Shown here: piece after piece, positions 28,264 to 40,120 of the stretch
How the letters are laid out: every line of letters begins with the position of its first letter
Position numbering within the stretch: position 1 is the stretch's first letter
Assembly (NCBI RefSeq): GCF_000372725.1
Contig: NW_005201192.1
Span: forward strand, 1,004,758 to 1,068,757
Source of the DNA: Emiliania huxleyi CCMP1516
Taxonomy: Eukaryota
Length of the DNA stretch: 64,000 nucleotides
Direction of reading: 5' to 3'
Translations under genes and position numbers: made by a program
The notes under the pieces: generated by a model
Seen by the model: the letters and a program-made list of their open reading frames with translations, nothing else
Databases searched by the model: none
Told to the model about the DNA's origin: nothing

Positions 28264-30181
28264 TCACGAGGTGAGCAGAGCGCTCTTGACGGCCTCCTCC
28301 TCCCCTCCCATGTCCAGCCGCTCCACCGGCCGATGCCACTCGTCCGGGACTCGCGATTGGCCGTCCATCCAGCCGTCGGTCCGCGAGCCGACATCGTGCC
28401 GCACCGCCTCGCACCTACGCTCGGGTCATCTCGGGTGATCACGGGTGAGCTCAGCCGACATCGTGCCGCACCGCCTCGCACCGCCGGCTGAGCGCGCGCA
28501 CGGCGGTCAGCTCCTCCTCGAGGCGGGCCTACCCACAGCGCTGGTGTGCGTCTGCTGCCCGCAACGGACCGTCTGTGCGGCTCCCGGGGGCGTGCCAGCT
28601 CGGTGAAGAGCACGCGATGCCAGACCTCGGGCAGCAACGAGCGGAGCAGCGACTGGTCGCGGATCCGCTTCGTCTCGGCCTCGAGGGCGATCTCGAGCTG
28701 GTCCGCCGTCTCGCTCACCGCCTAGGGCAGCAGGTAGGCGGGGTGGGCAGCAGGTAGGCGGGGAGGGCAGCAGGTAGGCGGGGAGGGCAGCAGGTAGGCG
28801 GGGAGGGCAGCAGGTAGGCGGGGAGGGCAGCAGGTAGGCGGGGAGGGCAGCAGGTAGGCGGGGAGGGCAGCAGGTAGGCGGGGAGGGCAGCAGGTAGGCG
28901 GGGAGGGCAGCAGGTAGGCGGGGAGGGCAGCAGGTAGGCGGGGAGGGCAGCAGGTAGGCGGGGAGGGCAGGAAGTAGGCGGGGAGGGCAGCAGGGAGGCG
29001 GGGAGGGCAGGAAGTACCTCGACGAGCGGGATCGCGTCCTCGGTCGTCACCACCTTGGCCGAGGAGGCGAGCGGCGCCAGCTGCGCGTGCAGCGCGGCGA
29101 TGCGGCCGAGCCGGAGCCAGATGATCGCGACGTAGTCCAGGTCGGAGAGCACCACCCCGAAGGAGGCGCTCATCTCGCGCTTCGCCGCCATCTCGTCGCG
29201 CGCGTCGCCCGGACCGGACTCGGGCAGCGCCCGCCGAGAGGTGCGGCGCCGCTCTCGGTCGATCTCCTGGTAGGAGCGCACCCGCTTGCCGTCGGCGGCG
29301 ACGTTCCGGTACGCCTTGCCAATGGCGCCTAGAGCCACGCCCTCTGGTGCTGAAGACACGCCGTCCGCAGAGTGTCGCCGGCAGCCGTGCCGATGGCGCC
29401 GCTCTGCAGCCGCTTGCTCTCGTGCGCGTGCACCACCTGCCGAGAGAGAGAGAGAGTCACAGGTGGGGGTGAAGAAGCAGAGGCACTGAGAGAGGAGTGG
29501 GGTGGGAAGACCACCTCGAGCAGGGAGACGACCGGCCGCAGAGACTCTGGCTGCAGGAAGAGAGAGCGGTGGATTGCGGTGGGCAGCCGCCTCTCCACTC
29601 GCGCCAGCGCGTTGAGCAGCCACGAGGGCGTGTCCTGCGGGAGGTGTGGAGGAAGAGAGGCGTGAAGAAGAGGTGTGCGCGCGAAGCTGTCGGGAGACTG
29701 GAGAGGTGTGAAGAGAGGCACGCGCCTCGAGTAGGCAGGTCAGGGCGACACTCCACAACGTGAGAGGCCACGCCGCGTGCAGCGTGAGCAGCACAAACTG
29801 GGCGGGCGAGACCGACAGCGTGGTCCGCAGCCGCCACGCCTGCAGCACGTACACAAAGGAGCCAACGTACATGTACATGCCTCCGATGGCAAAGAGGCAG
29901 GCGGCCGCGAGCGGCGGCCGGCCCTCTCCCTTACGGTACTGCACCATCGCGGCGCCCGCCACGGTGGCGATAATAGCGTTGCGGTGGTAGCTGAGGAATG
30001 TGTTGTCCGCGTTGAGCCGCAGCGACCAGCGTGCGATCTTTGAGGCCGTCTCTGCACTGTTGATTGAGGGCGGCGATGGCGCACGGGAGCAGTAGTTGCA
30101 CCGCAGCGGGAGAGCTGGCCTGAGCGGGCGGGAGAGCCGGCCTGCCCTCTGCAGCGATAGAACGCGGAGCATCGGCAGCAC
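28264..30181 (-). CDS. Multi-exon membrane protein with DUF202 (YidH-like) motif and mitochondrial-type presequence
   Basis: RLNADNTFLSYHRNAIIATVAG plus three TM segments. Exons can be traced to ...EEEAVKSALLTS* at 28264. Confidence 0.65.
28724..29014. repeat. 20-bp G-rich intronic minisatellite (about 14 copies)
   Basis: Unit gggagggcagcaggtaggcg. Confidence 0.95.
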
Positions 30182-31591
30182 AAGACGACAGATCGCCAGG
30201 CTCGAAGGGCGCGTAGTCGTCCCCCCGCCCGCCCTTTCGGTTTTGACGTGCCACCCGCTGGCGAGGTACTCCCACGCCTCTCGGGGTTTTTGTCTGGCCG
30301 AGTCAACCCGAGAGGCGTGTCTCGCCTCGTCAAGTCTGTGGGACGGCCGAGCCTCGTTTCAAGGGGCGCGTGCGTGCGTCCCCTCTCGACTACGTTTGTT
30401 CACAGCCGGCGCGCGCGCCGGCGACGAATATGCGCGACTCGCCGCCGCGGCTCCGGGCCTCCAACGGCACGACCTACGCCCAACCACCGAGAGGCGCGCC
30501 GTCACACCACTCGCACAGCCTGCAGCGCGGCGCTGCGCCAGAGCTCGAGAGGGCCCGAGAAGGGTCCCAGATCTCCAGTAGCACACAATAGCACACGTAG
30601 CCACGCATACCCAACCATCCCCTGTCACCCCAGAGCAGATCCCCCCAGGCGGTGAGGTCCTTTCTGGTGCTTGAAGCTCACCCTCGTCCCCTGCCGCAGG
30701 CCCTCGGCAGCCGTCCTGGCGCGCGCCAGGGCATGTACCGAGCGACCCCAGTCCGCTCTGGCGCGCGCGTTCGGCGCCGATTGGTGCCCTAGTCGGACCG
30801 TGCAACGGACGCGCGCTCTGCGCGCCTCACACGCACTTGCCCAGAGCTCTGCGCAGAGGCAGAGAGAGAGCGCGCCCTCCCCCCGGGCTGCTGCTGGCGC
30901 GCCACGCGCGTGCGATCCCTCTCTCGCAGTCGGTGTTCGCCGGGCGAGTTTTAGAGCTAAAATACATGTACATCACAAGACGCACACGCTGCTGTGGTCA
31001 CCGACGGTCGTGTCCACATGCGCGCAATGGCGCAATGGTGGGCAGCGCCAACGCGCAGGACCATGTTTGCGCGCGACATGCACGCACGGGTGCGCAGGCA
31101 GGCGAGGCCATGCCAAAGACTGCCCTGGGAGTCGCGCGCGCGCGTCTCCAGCCGACCGGTACGGCGGCAAGAGCTTGACGGCTGTCGTGCCCGCAGCACG
31201 ACAGCCGTCAAGCCGCGCAGTCGGGTGGACGCGTCGCGTCGGACTTTTTGCCACCACCTCCACGAGTCTGTCCAGTGCACCCACTGGCCAGATGCCGGGC
31301 CTCGGAGGCTGAATCGAGCGCCGAGTCAGGCCGACCTGGCACTGCTGAGGCAGGTCACGCCTGCTGGGGCGAGCCTCGGCGAGACTGCGTCAGCTGTTCC
31401 CACAGCAGGCTGGAAGTACCTCGCCAGGCCACCCGCAAGATCCGGTGAGGGAGAGAGGTGGTACCCGGTCAGTCAGCGCGCTCCGGTCAGGTCGATAGAG
31501 TATGTATACTACAACTTAGAACCGCGTCTAGGTAAAATTCGATGACGTTGACGATGTACACGGATGACCGTCCACAGAGGCACAGAGTTGA

Positions 31592-31856
<265 letters not shown>

Positions 31857-32604
31857 ACGTCACTGCATCCTCCGCCGGTTCCTCCCGTCGCCTCTTCTTT
31901 GTTCGAATGTTTTTCAATCCATCCTTCACGAAGCCCTCCCATGTAGCTAGCGTTCTTGGCGAATGTCTCGAAATGGCCAGCAGGCGCTGTCTGCTCGCGG
32001 TCTGTGCGGGCCGCTCGTCCTCCTCGCCCTTCTTTCGTCCTCCCGTCCCTCCCCTCCACCATGGCCTTCTCGGCACTTCTTTCTCCATCCGCCTCGCCCT
32101 GCCTTTTCGCATCGTGCCGTTCGCCCTCCATTCGGTGACCTCCATGGCTGTCCGCCCCTTTTTGGGTGGCGCTCTCGATACGGTTGCGTCAACCTCGACG
32201 TCGCTGTCGCCCTCCCCGTCCCCGCCGGCGTCCGTGCCTCGGTTCGCGTCATCGGTAGCGTCTCCGTTGTTCCCTTTGACTAGGGTCCTCATCTCTGGTC
32301 CACGCCGCGGTGGCCTTTGTAGCATAGGAATCCTACGTCTCTGACTCGACTCTCTGACACCACTAGACCCCGAGTATTCAGTCGTCCGCGTTCCCCTTAC
32401 CTTATCTCGGCACGTGTTTTAGATCCCCAGAGCCCAGTTCGCGCAACACCCGACACCGCGACGACTTACGTGGTTACGTGTTCACTGTCTGTTGTGCTCA
32501 AGTGTGCTCCTCAACGCAAGCACTGTCTCAAGGATGGCGTCCCGAATCTCCCGGCGAGGGCCGAGCCCCCACCTCGCGTCTCGCCGTGAAGGCCGGCTGC
32601 GCAG

Positions 32605-33120
32605 CTAGTCCGAGTTGAGAGTCGCGAGGCTAGCGGGCCTGCGGCTCGGTGTTCCATTCGGGACCTTGGTCCACTTGTTTCCGTCAGGGAACTTGATGCC
32701 GTCGCCCTCCCAAACGCCAAGGAGGTCTTTTGGCCCTCCCTTTGGCGAAAAGTCGATCGCGATTGACTCGCCGCTCTCCGCGACCGAGCCAGTCAGCTTC
32801 CACACTGCCGACGCCTCAGGCCTCGCATCGCACGCGCTATCGACGCCGGCGATGGCGGCCTGCGGATTGCGCGAGCGGCGGCCGCTTGGCAGCATGGGTG
32901 CGCCGCCCACCTTGATTGAGCGCAAGCAGCCCGGGTGCTGTGGGTCGTCGTACTCACCCGTGAAGACCGAGGAAAGGCCGGTCCGTGCGGTGACGGCGTG
33001 GCTGGCGGCGGGCGCAGCGACAAGAGCGGCAAAGCCGCCAAGGAGCCCGCGCCGAGTCGCTGTGGTCTGCGGCGGCGGCGCACCGGGCAGCAGCGCGTTG
33101 ACGGCGAGAGCAGCGATCAT
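32605..33120 (-). CDS. Intronless putative thylakoid-lumen (Tat-targeted) protein of unknown function
   Basis: Signal peptide plus TRRGLLG...ASHA twin-arginine transfer peptide; Y.DP.HPGC.R, DFSPKGGP, FPDGNKW motifs. Confidence 0.7.
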   Translation of the reverse strand: MIAALAVNALLPGAPPPQTTATRRGLLGGFAALVAAPAASHAVTARTGLSSVFTGEYDDPQHPGCLRSIKVGGAPMLPSGRRSRNPQAAIAGVDSACDARPEASAVWKLTGSVAESGESIAIDFSPKGGPKDLLGVWEGDGIKFPDGNKWTKVPNGTPSRRPASLATLNSD

Positions 33121-33456
33121 CGAGACGGCGTGAGCAGCGTGCGACCTGATCCCGGGATTGCGCTTTTGTGTGAGCAGCAACGACTAGGTTATCTCTCTGT
33201 GTCCGGTCTCTACTGCACCTTGGTGCGACCTGGGCCGGGTGGATCTCTAGGCGGCGGCAAGACGAAGAGCGAAGCTACTGGGAAAGGTCCTCGGAGAAGA
33301 AAAGAATTAACTTTGTGTGCGGTCCACGTCCGCCCAGCCACCGGCCCCAGCGCGAGGGTCTGAGGTGGCGAGCATCATAATCGGATCCGCTGGCCTATAT
33401 CCCCCAGACGCCAGAGCGCTCTATCCGCACGCCGCCGGCGCTCTGAACTACCGGCG

Positions 33457-34174
33457 TCAGCTCCAGGCGCCGCCAGCCAGGTCGGCCTCCTCCTCCTCCG
33501 CGTCGGCAGCCTCGAGCTCCCTCGCCAGCTGGATGGTCCGCGACATCTCAAAGTCGGCATGCAGCGCCGCGGCCGAAACGGACCTACACGGGCTCGTGGC
33601 GCGCCTCACAGGCACCGCGCGCGGGGGGGGCGAACGGCGAGAGAGCGCGGCCGCCACTCGAGTCGCTCGCCGGTCCGGCGGTTGCGGGAAAAGTACTCGA
33701 GGCTCGCAGGCGCCTCCTATAAGCGGCACAGATTCAGAAGCCGCCTCACGTGCTAGGCGCAGGCTACTGCTGGAGGCGTGCCGCGCTCGCCTGGAGCAGC
33801 GCGTTGACCACCTCGGACTCAGACTCGGATCCGTCGGGGCGCAGCGGCACGAAGCGGATCTGCTTGGCAAGCCGGTCGACGTACACGTGCTCCTCGACCT
33901 CCGAGTCGTACGAGGTGGCGCGTCATTGCCTTGTGAAGGTCAGGCAGCGCCATGTCGGGCCTGAGCCAGCCGGGGCGTGCAGCTCCACCGAGACAGGCAT
34001 TCCCTCCGGGAGGAAGGACTCGGGCTGTGCGACCTTGCGCATCATAGCGATCCACACCTTGTGAGGCGACGCCCCATCGAGTGACATCGAAACGCCGCTC
34101 AGCCGGGCGCACTGCCTGCGCGTCGTGGATTCAACGGCACAAACGCCAAGCGGCGGCCGGCGAAACAACCTCAT
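33457..34174 (-). CDS. START/SRPBCC-like (DUF1857/AtaL-like) protein, three exons, with an in-frame TGA at 33923-33925
   Basis: KVWIAMMRKVAQPESFLP...WRCLTFTRQ*RATSYDSEVEEHVYVD...IRFV...VVNALL, then LEYFSRN..TGERLEW. Confidence 0.5.
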
Positions 34175-36091
34175 CTATATGTGGCCCGTCAGGCCAGCGA
34201 GCAGCGTGGGGAAGAGACTGCGTAAAAAAAAAGTGTCTTGGCCCTGCACGATCTTGGTGTGAGGGATCTTCAATCCACGTGGCCCCTCAACCCTCGAATT
34301 CTGCCGGAATAGACAACAAAACAAGATAGTGAATAAAGGGTGTGGATGCTGGGTTGACCGAAATCGGGGGACGCGACCCACTTCGCCACAGATGGTCCCG
34401 CGCCTCGCCGCTATGACGGGCACACGCCCCGCACCGTCCGCTGTGTGCCCGTCTTTGTCCGGAGTGAATACTCCAACGCGCTCGTCGGTGACGGTGTCCC
34501 CCGATTTCGCCGCGCTCCGGCACCGCTCCGGCGTCCGGGACGCACGCTCTGGGGGGGCGCGGGGGCCCCCGGAGGCACCGTGCGCCGCGCAGCAGTACGG
34601 AAATGGGGCTCCGGCTCCGTTAGTCTCCGTTAGCACCAACTTCCCGATTAAGTACGGTTAAGTAGAGGGCAGATTTGGAGAGAACTCGAGGAGTACATAC
34701 AGATAGACCCTCCAACCATCAGAAAACTCCGACCTGATTGGTCGTACTGACCGCCGACAGATCACTCCAGACAGCAGACAGGCCGACGTCTGCACACGGC
34801 CGGCCGGGCGAGAGGCTTGACACGATCCGACCCTGCGAGACCCTGACGCTGCTGCTCTAGCTATCAGACATGCACTGCTGACTGCTGCCACAATGTGCGA
34901 CCGGTGCTGGCCCACTTGGCGGCCTTCCCGGTCAGTGGTGAGGCGCAGTTCAGAGCTGTCGATGGCGCGATGCCGCACTGGTCCCACATTGGTAACACGA
35001 GACCACCACGTTTGCCGGTCCAAGAGAGAGGCACTGGTGCTGTCCTGAGAAGGTGCGTGGTCCCTCTTGACTGCCCATGCGCGCGAGGCTGTGTAGGCAT
35101 AGCCTCGAGAGTGCCAGCAGCCAATCCGAGGCGACGCGCATTGCGTCAGAAGCGTGCACACGTTGGAAGGACACCTTCCGACTGGCCGTACGATCAGGTC
35201 GTCACTGAATGCTTGATACTAAGGCCGCGAGCTATGCAGGTGATCAATTGTGCAGCATGGCACGGTCAGCAGCGCCGACAGGCTGTCGCAAGGCGTGATA
35301 GCATGGCCGCAAGTACGCCGAATTCCCATGAAAAAGTGAAAAATCGCGCAAAAAAACCGAAAAAATCGGCGCCTGCGGCGGGCCATGGGACCCCATCGCC
35401 CCCCCGCATGGATACCCTCTAGGGCCCCCGCGCCCCCCCAGAGGACGCACGCCGGCGAAGCACGTCAAGCTGCTGTACGGCCCCGGAATCGCCTCCCCTC
35501 GCTTAGCTAGACTGAGAGTTATTGTGCACATGGTTAGTCTCTACAATATACTCACTGACACCCCCCCCCTCCCAGAGCTCGTCCCGGTCCGCCACGGCCA
35601 TCCTCGGCCTCCGGAGGGCCCCCGGCCGCGCCCGCGGCGCGGTGCGGCGGCGTCACAAATCCGACGGCAGAGCACCGGGACGCGGTCGGGCGATCTGAGG
35701 TCCAGTGAGGCGTATGCATTGCCCATCCAGGGCTATCACATGGACCTATCAACAGGCGCCTGCGGCGGAGCAGGAGGGCCCGGCGCACAACCCCCTGGTC
35801 AACTCACCCTCCACACCCCCCGCCCGTAGACACGCCGTGGCTACACATTCACATACAGAGTTTGTTTTTGTCACATATATCATATTCCGACACAACACAC
35901 AAAGCCTTTGATCTCAAAGCTGCGGGTCCCCGCAGGGCCCAGTCGGTGCACTGCAGTCCGATCTGGCCTGCCGGCCGGGGGAAAGAAGGGCGGCGAGAGC
36001 GCAGCAGCAGGGCGGCGAGAGAAGGGCGGCGAGAGCACAAAGGGCATAAGGGCAGCGCAGTTGTACGTGACTGCTGCACTCACATGTCACA

Positions 36092-36682
36092 TCACACGGC
36101 AAAGGCCAGCGCGGCGGCCGCCTCGGTGTCGATCTTGTCGCACTCCCTCTCGAGCTCCGCCAACACGGCCTCGCGCTCCGCCGAGAGGGCGGCCAACTGC
36201 TCGTCCTTTTGCTGCAGGAGGGCGTCGTACCGGGCCTTCACGGCGGACTTCTTGTCGGCGGTCGTGGCCTCGATCATGGCGCGGAGGCCGTCGGGGCTGG
36301 CCGCACTGTCAGCCGCACCCGCCGCATTGCCCGCCGCGGCGGTGCCCTCGGCCAGCCGCTGAAACTGCGCAGCGGCAGCGCCCACCCCGCCGCCTGCCTG
36401 TGCTCGCGCCGGGGCGGCATCCACGCTGCCGCGCTGCAGATCCAGGACGCTCTTCACGTTGGGGTCGAGGGGCCAGCGGTTGCGCTGCTGCGGCACCCGA
36501 CCCGGTGTGCGGCGGACGGCGCCTGTCATACCGCTCATTGCGGCGGTTGTCGCCGAGCTGCCGCCCCCCGCGGTGCCGAGCGGGGCGAAGGGCACCGCGC
36601 CGCCGCACTTGTCGCTAATCTGCATCATCGGCGGCGCCAGCCTCACGGCGGCGGGCGACAGGAGGGCAGCCACGGTAAGCAT
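36092..36682 (-). CDS. Putative plastid-targeted protein with C-terminal coiled coil
   Basis: MLTVAALLSPAAVRLAPPMMQ N-terminus; KARYDALLQQKDEQLAALSAEREAVLAELERE. Confidence 0.55.
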   Translation of the reverse strand: MLTVAALLSPAAVRLAPPMMQISDKCGGAVPFAPLGTAGGGSSATTAAMSGMTGAVRRTPGRVPQQRNRWPLDPNVKSVLDLQRGSVDAAPARAQAGGGVGAAAAQFQRLAEGTAAAGNAAGAADSAASPDGLRAMIEATTADKKSAVKARYDALLQQKDEQLAALSAEREAVLAELERECDKIDTEAAAALAFAV

Positions 36683-37343
36683 GGCCGGGCTCCGTCGAAC
36701 CTTCGATCGCAGTGTCTTTTTCAAAAACAGTCTCCTCACCTCTCAGTGTATGTAGCTCTTACGAACATACCCGTAGGTGAACTGCTGACGGGTTTTGCGA
36801 TGAGAAGCGATCCGAACGTGGTATTCGGGTGATTAGATCACTACCGCCGAAGCGCAAGCGCTTGGAGCAAGGGAACCGCCACGTATGGGTCCCAGACTAG
36901 CACCCCACCTCGCGGGCCGACGTTCTGGCCCAGCGAGGCTGCTGCGGAGCACTCGGGGCCGACGTTCTGGCCCAGCGAGGCCGCTGCGGGGCACCCGGCG
37001 GCTCGGTTCGCTCATCAGCGCAAACTCGGTCGAGCAGAAAGTAAGGTGTGTGTGTAAAGCGTAAAGGCGGCGCGGCACGGTAAGGGTCGGCGGTAAGGCG
37101 GCGCGGCGGCAGCAGACGGCAGGCAGGACATCTCTGACGGCGAGACAAACGGCACGGCGATCACGAGGAGGTAGAAAGTCGGGCGCGAGCGGGCGGGGTG
37201 GCGGCGAGGCGGCGGGTTTTTCCGAACATGGCATTCGTGTGATTAGATCACCGTAACGCAAGAGCACTTTTCTTGCTGTGTGGTCGCCCAACGAATTTTT
37301 CTTTGTTTGGGCGTAGGAATCCTGTGTGTATGTGTATGTGTGT

Positions 37344-37937
37344 ATGTCAGCAACCCTGTTCCTCGCGTGCTGCTCCGTTCGATCGCCACTCAGCAAGCCC
37401 AGCGGCCTGCGCGCCCCTCCAGCCCTTCTCAACGCCGGCGAGCAAAAAGGGCGGCCTCCGCGCATCACCGCTGAGCAGTTCAACCGCCTGCGAACTGCGG
37501 TGCTCAGTCCATCCATCTTTGCTGAGCTTGACACCGACCAGTCCGGCTTCCTCACGCTTGCGGAGCTGCAAGCGGCGCTCGCAAAGGCTGGCGGCGCCGT
37601 CAGCCTCGAGCAAAGCGAGGCGGTGTTCCGAGCGATGGACACGAACAGCGACGGCGAGATCAGCCTCGAGGAGTTTACAAAGGGGCTGAGCGATGCCATG
37701 GAGGGTGAAGAGGCGGCAATGAGCGAGTCTCCCGCCCTGGCCGCCTTTAGGGAGCTGGACACTGACGGCAGTGGCTTTATCGACCTGCAGGAGCTCAGGG
37801 TCGCCCTCGACGCAGCCGCCCGAGCCCGCCCATCGGAGGAGGTGGTGGAGGCCATCTTCAGGGAGATAGACGCCAACGGTGACGGCGTCATCTCGTTTGA
37901 GGAGTTCGCACGGGTGTACGCGAAGCTGGAGCTCTGA
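37344..37937 (+). CDS. Calmodulin-like protein with four EF-hands
   Basis: DTDQSGFLTLAE, DTNSDGEISLEE, DTDGSGFIDLQE, DANGDGVISFEE. Confidence 0.9.
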   Translation: MSATLFLACCSVRSPLSKPSGLRAPPALLNAGEQKGRPPRITAEQFNRLRTAVLSPSIFAELDTDQSGFLTLAELQAALAKAGGAVSLEQSEAVFRAMDTNSDGEISLEEFTKGLSDAMEGEEAAMSESPALAAFRELDTDGSGFIDLQELRVALDAAARARPSEEVVEAIFREIDANGDGVISFEEFARVYAKLEL

Positions 37938-38491
37938 GCCTCTGACGCATCGAATGCATGCATACAGCTGGTAGCTCTCCGTCGTTCGCGACCTGTTCGC
38001 GACTTTCTCGGACCTCGCCGGCTGACGCGCGGGGTCGTCGCAGAGTTGAATAAGGTACAGGGTACGGTTGCAGTACAGTCTGATGAGCGTGAGGGTATGT
38101 TGGTCCTTGCTAGGAAGGGCAGAGGGACGCGAAGAAAACGGCCGGGGCGCCGCGGCCCGCGCGCGTGTAACGTAGAGACAACAGACAAGAGAAGCCAGAG
38201 AGCTCTCACCTCAGACACGAACGGCGAACGCGGGGGTACCGAGTACTGCGCAACCGGCCCTGCGCGCAACTGCACTCGCGCGGTGTCGTTGCGCGCGCTA
38301 AAGGGGCCGGTTGCGCGCCCAGCGCACAGGGCGCATCCAAGTGGTGGCGCTCAACCCTCAAAACGCCTCTCACCCATGAGCCTCCTCGCGCCACACATGC
38401 ACAAAGAAGATGCCGGGACCGCGCCAGCGGCCTGATCGCCCCAACCCGCCTTTGCCGTCGCCTCTGTGGGTAGCTGAGCCGGCGAGCGGGT

Positions 38492-39701
38492 CTAGGGCTG
38501 CTTGGCCGTGGCGGCTTTGGAGGCGGCGCGGAGGAGGCCGAGGAAGAGCGGCGACGGCTTCATCGGCCGCGACTTGAACTCGGGGTGGAACTGGCAGCCG
38601 ACGAAGAAGGGGTGGCCCTGTAGCTCGAAGACCTCCATCCGCTCGCCTAGTCCCGGACAAACTCGGCTTGGTCTCGGGCGGTCTCGCGGCCGGCCTCGCA
38701 GGCCCGGCGGCCGCTCGCCCGTCGTGTCGCGGCCGACAAAGTCGAGGCCGGCCGCCTACGGGGAGGTGTCGAGGCGGCTCCGAGAAGGCCCCATCCCCTT
38801 TGGGTGGCCGGCAGAGCCGAGGTGGGGGAAAGCGGGAGGGTTGAGCGGGCTTCGGCCTGCCCATATGAAGGCTTTGATGTGGGGAGAGGGGCATTGGGTG
38901 GAGAAGCTGCTGCTGAGGATGTGCAATTGGGTGGTGGAGTGAGGTACACATGCTGGGCCGGCCGCCTCGAGCTGCTGCACGTAGGCCGGGTTGACCTCGT
39001 ACCGGTGGCGGTGGCGCTCGTCGAAGGCGGTGGCGCCTAATCTCGGGTGATCTCGGGTGATCTCGGGATCATCGCGGGAAAGCTCGTCGAAGGCGGTGGC
39101 GCCGTTGTACAGCTGCGCGGTGAGGCACTTTGGCGAGCGGAGCATTGTCTTCCTCGCGCCGAGCCGCATCGTCCCACCCATCTGAGTGCGGCTGCCTTCG
39201 GGCATGAAGATGATGAGCGGCGTGGCGCACTTCTCGTCGAACTCCGCCGAGTGGGCAGTCTTGACGCCGAGCACCGACCGCGCAAACTCGATGACGGCGA
39301 TCTGGAAGCCGAGGCAGATGCCGAGGTAAGGCACGCCGTTCTCGCGCGCGTAGTTTGCAGCGAGCATCTTTCCCTCCACGGCGCGGATCCCGAAGCCTCC
39401 CGGCACCAGCACGCCGTCTGCGCGCCGCAGCTTGGACCACGCCTCGTCGTAGGCTAGCCGGTCCGACGCGAGCGTTGTCTCGTCGAGGTGCGCCGAGTCG
39501 ATCCACATGATCCGGAGCTTGCGCTCCACGGCGAAGGACGCGTGCATCAGCGCCTTTGTGACGGAGAGGTAGGCGTCGGACAGCTCGGTGTACTTGCCGA
39601 CGACGGCGATGTGCACGTCGAGCGTGAGCGAGTCGACGAGCTCCGCGAGGGACGTCCACTCGGCGGCGAGGGCCTTCTCCGGTCCGCCGATCTTGGGCGT
39701 G
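38492..39701 (-). CDS. CTPS: CTP synthase, glutamine amidotransferase half (5' part lost in gap); introns 38647-38718, 38756-38965, 39037-39102
   Basis: [71 protein letters not shown]. Confidence 0.95.
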
Positions 39702-40120
39702 ANNNNNNNNNNNNNNNNNNNNNNNNNNNNNNNNNNNNNNNNNNNNNNNNNNNNNNNNNNNNNNNNNNNNNNNNNNNNNNNNNNNNNNNNNNNNNNNNNN
39801 NNTAGCGATTATCTAGGTCGTAAATGGTTACCGGCCTCACGCACTCAACGGTGGTCCGGGAGGTGCACCCGCCCGAGGGCGGCGCCTTTCCCCCTCCTCC
39901 TGCTGCCCCGGCCGTCACCCCTGCGGCTGGACGCACGCGGGCCTGCGCGGCTGCAGCGCCTGCCACACCCGCCGCCGCTGCTCCAGCGGCCGCAAACCAG
40001 CCCGTGGCGGCCACGACCGCCGTTGATCCGAACTACTACACGGTCGACAGCGGCTTCGAGGGCGGGAGGCGGCGAGTCCCCGCCTCGGCTCTCTCCCCCC
40101 GAGTCTCCGAGCCACGTCTA

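Noticed and set aside
30948..30964. GTTTTAGAGCTAAAATA resembles the start of the SpCas9 repeat/sgRNA scaffold
   Set aside because: Single short match with no array, spacers or cas genes; eukaryotic context; chance similarity.
39703..39824. Transposon inserted into CTP synthase
   Set aside because: The two are separated by an assembly gap of unknown content, so disruption cannot be concluded.
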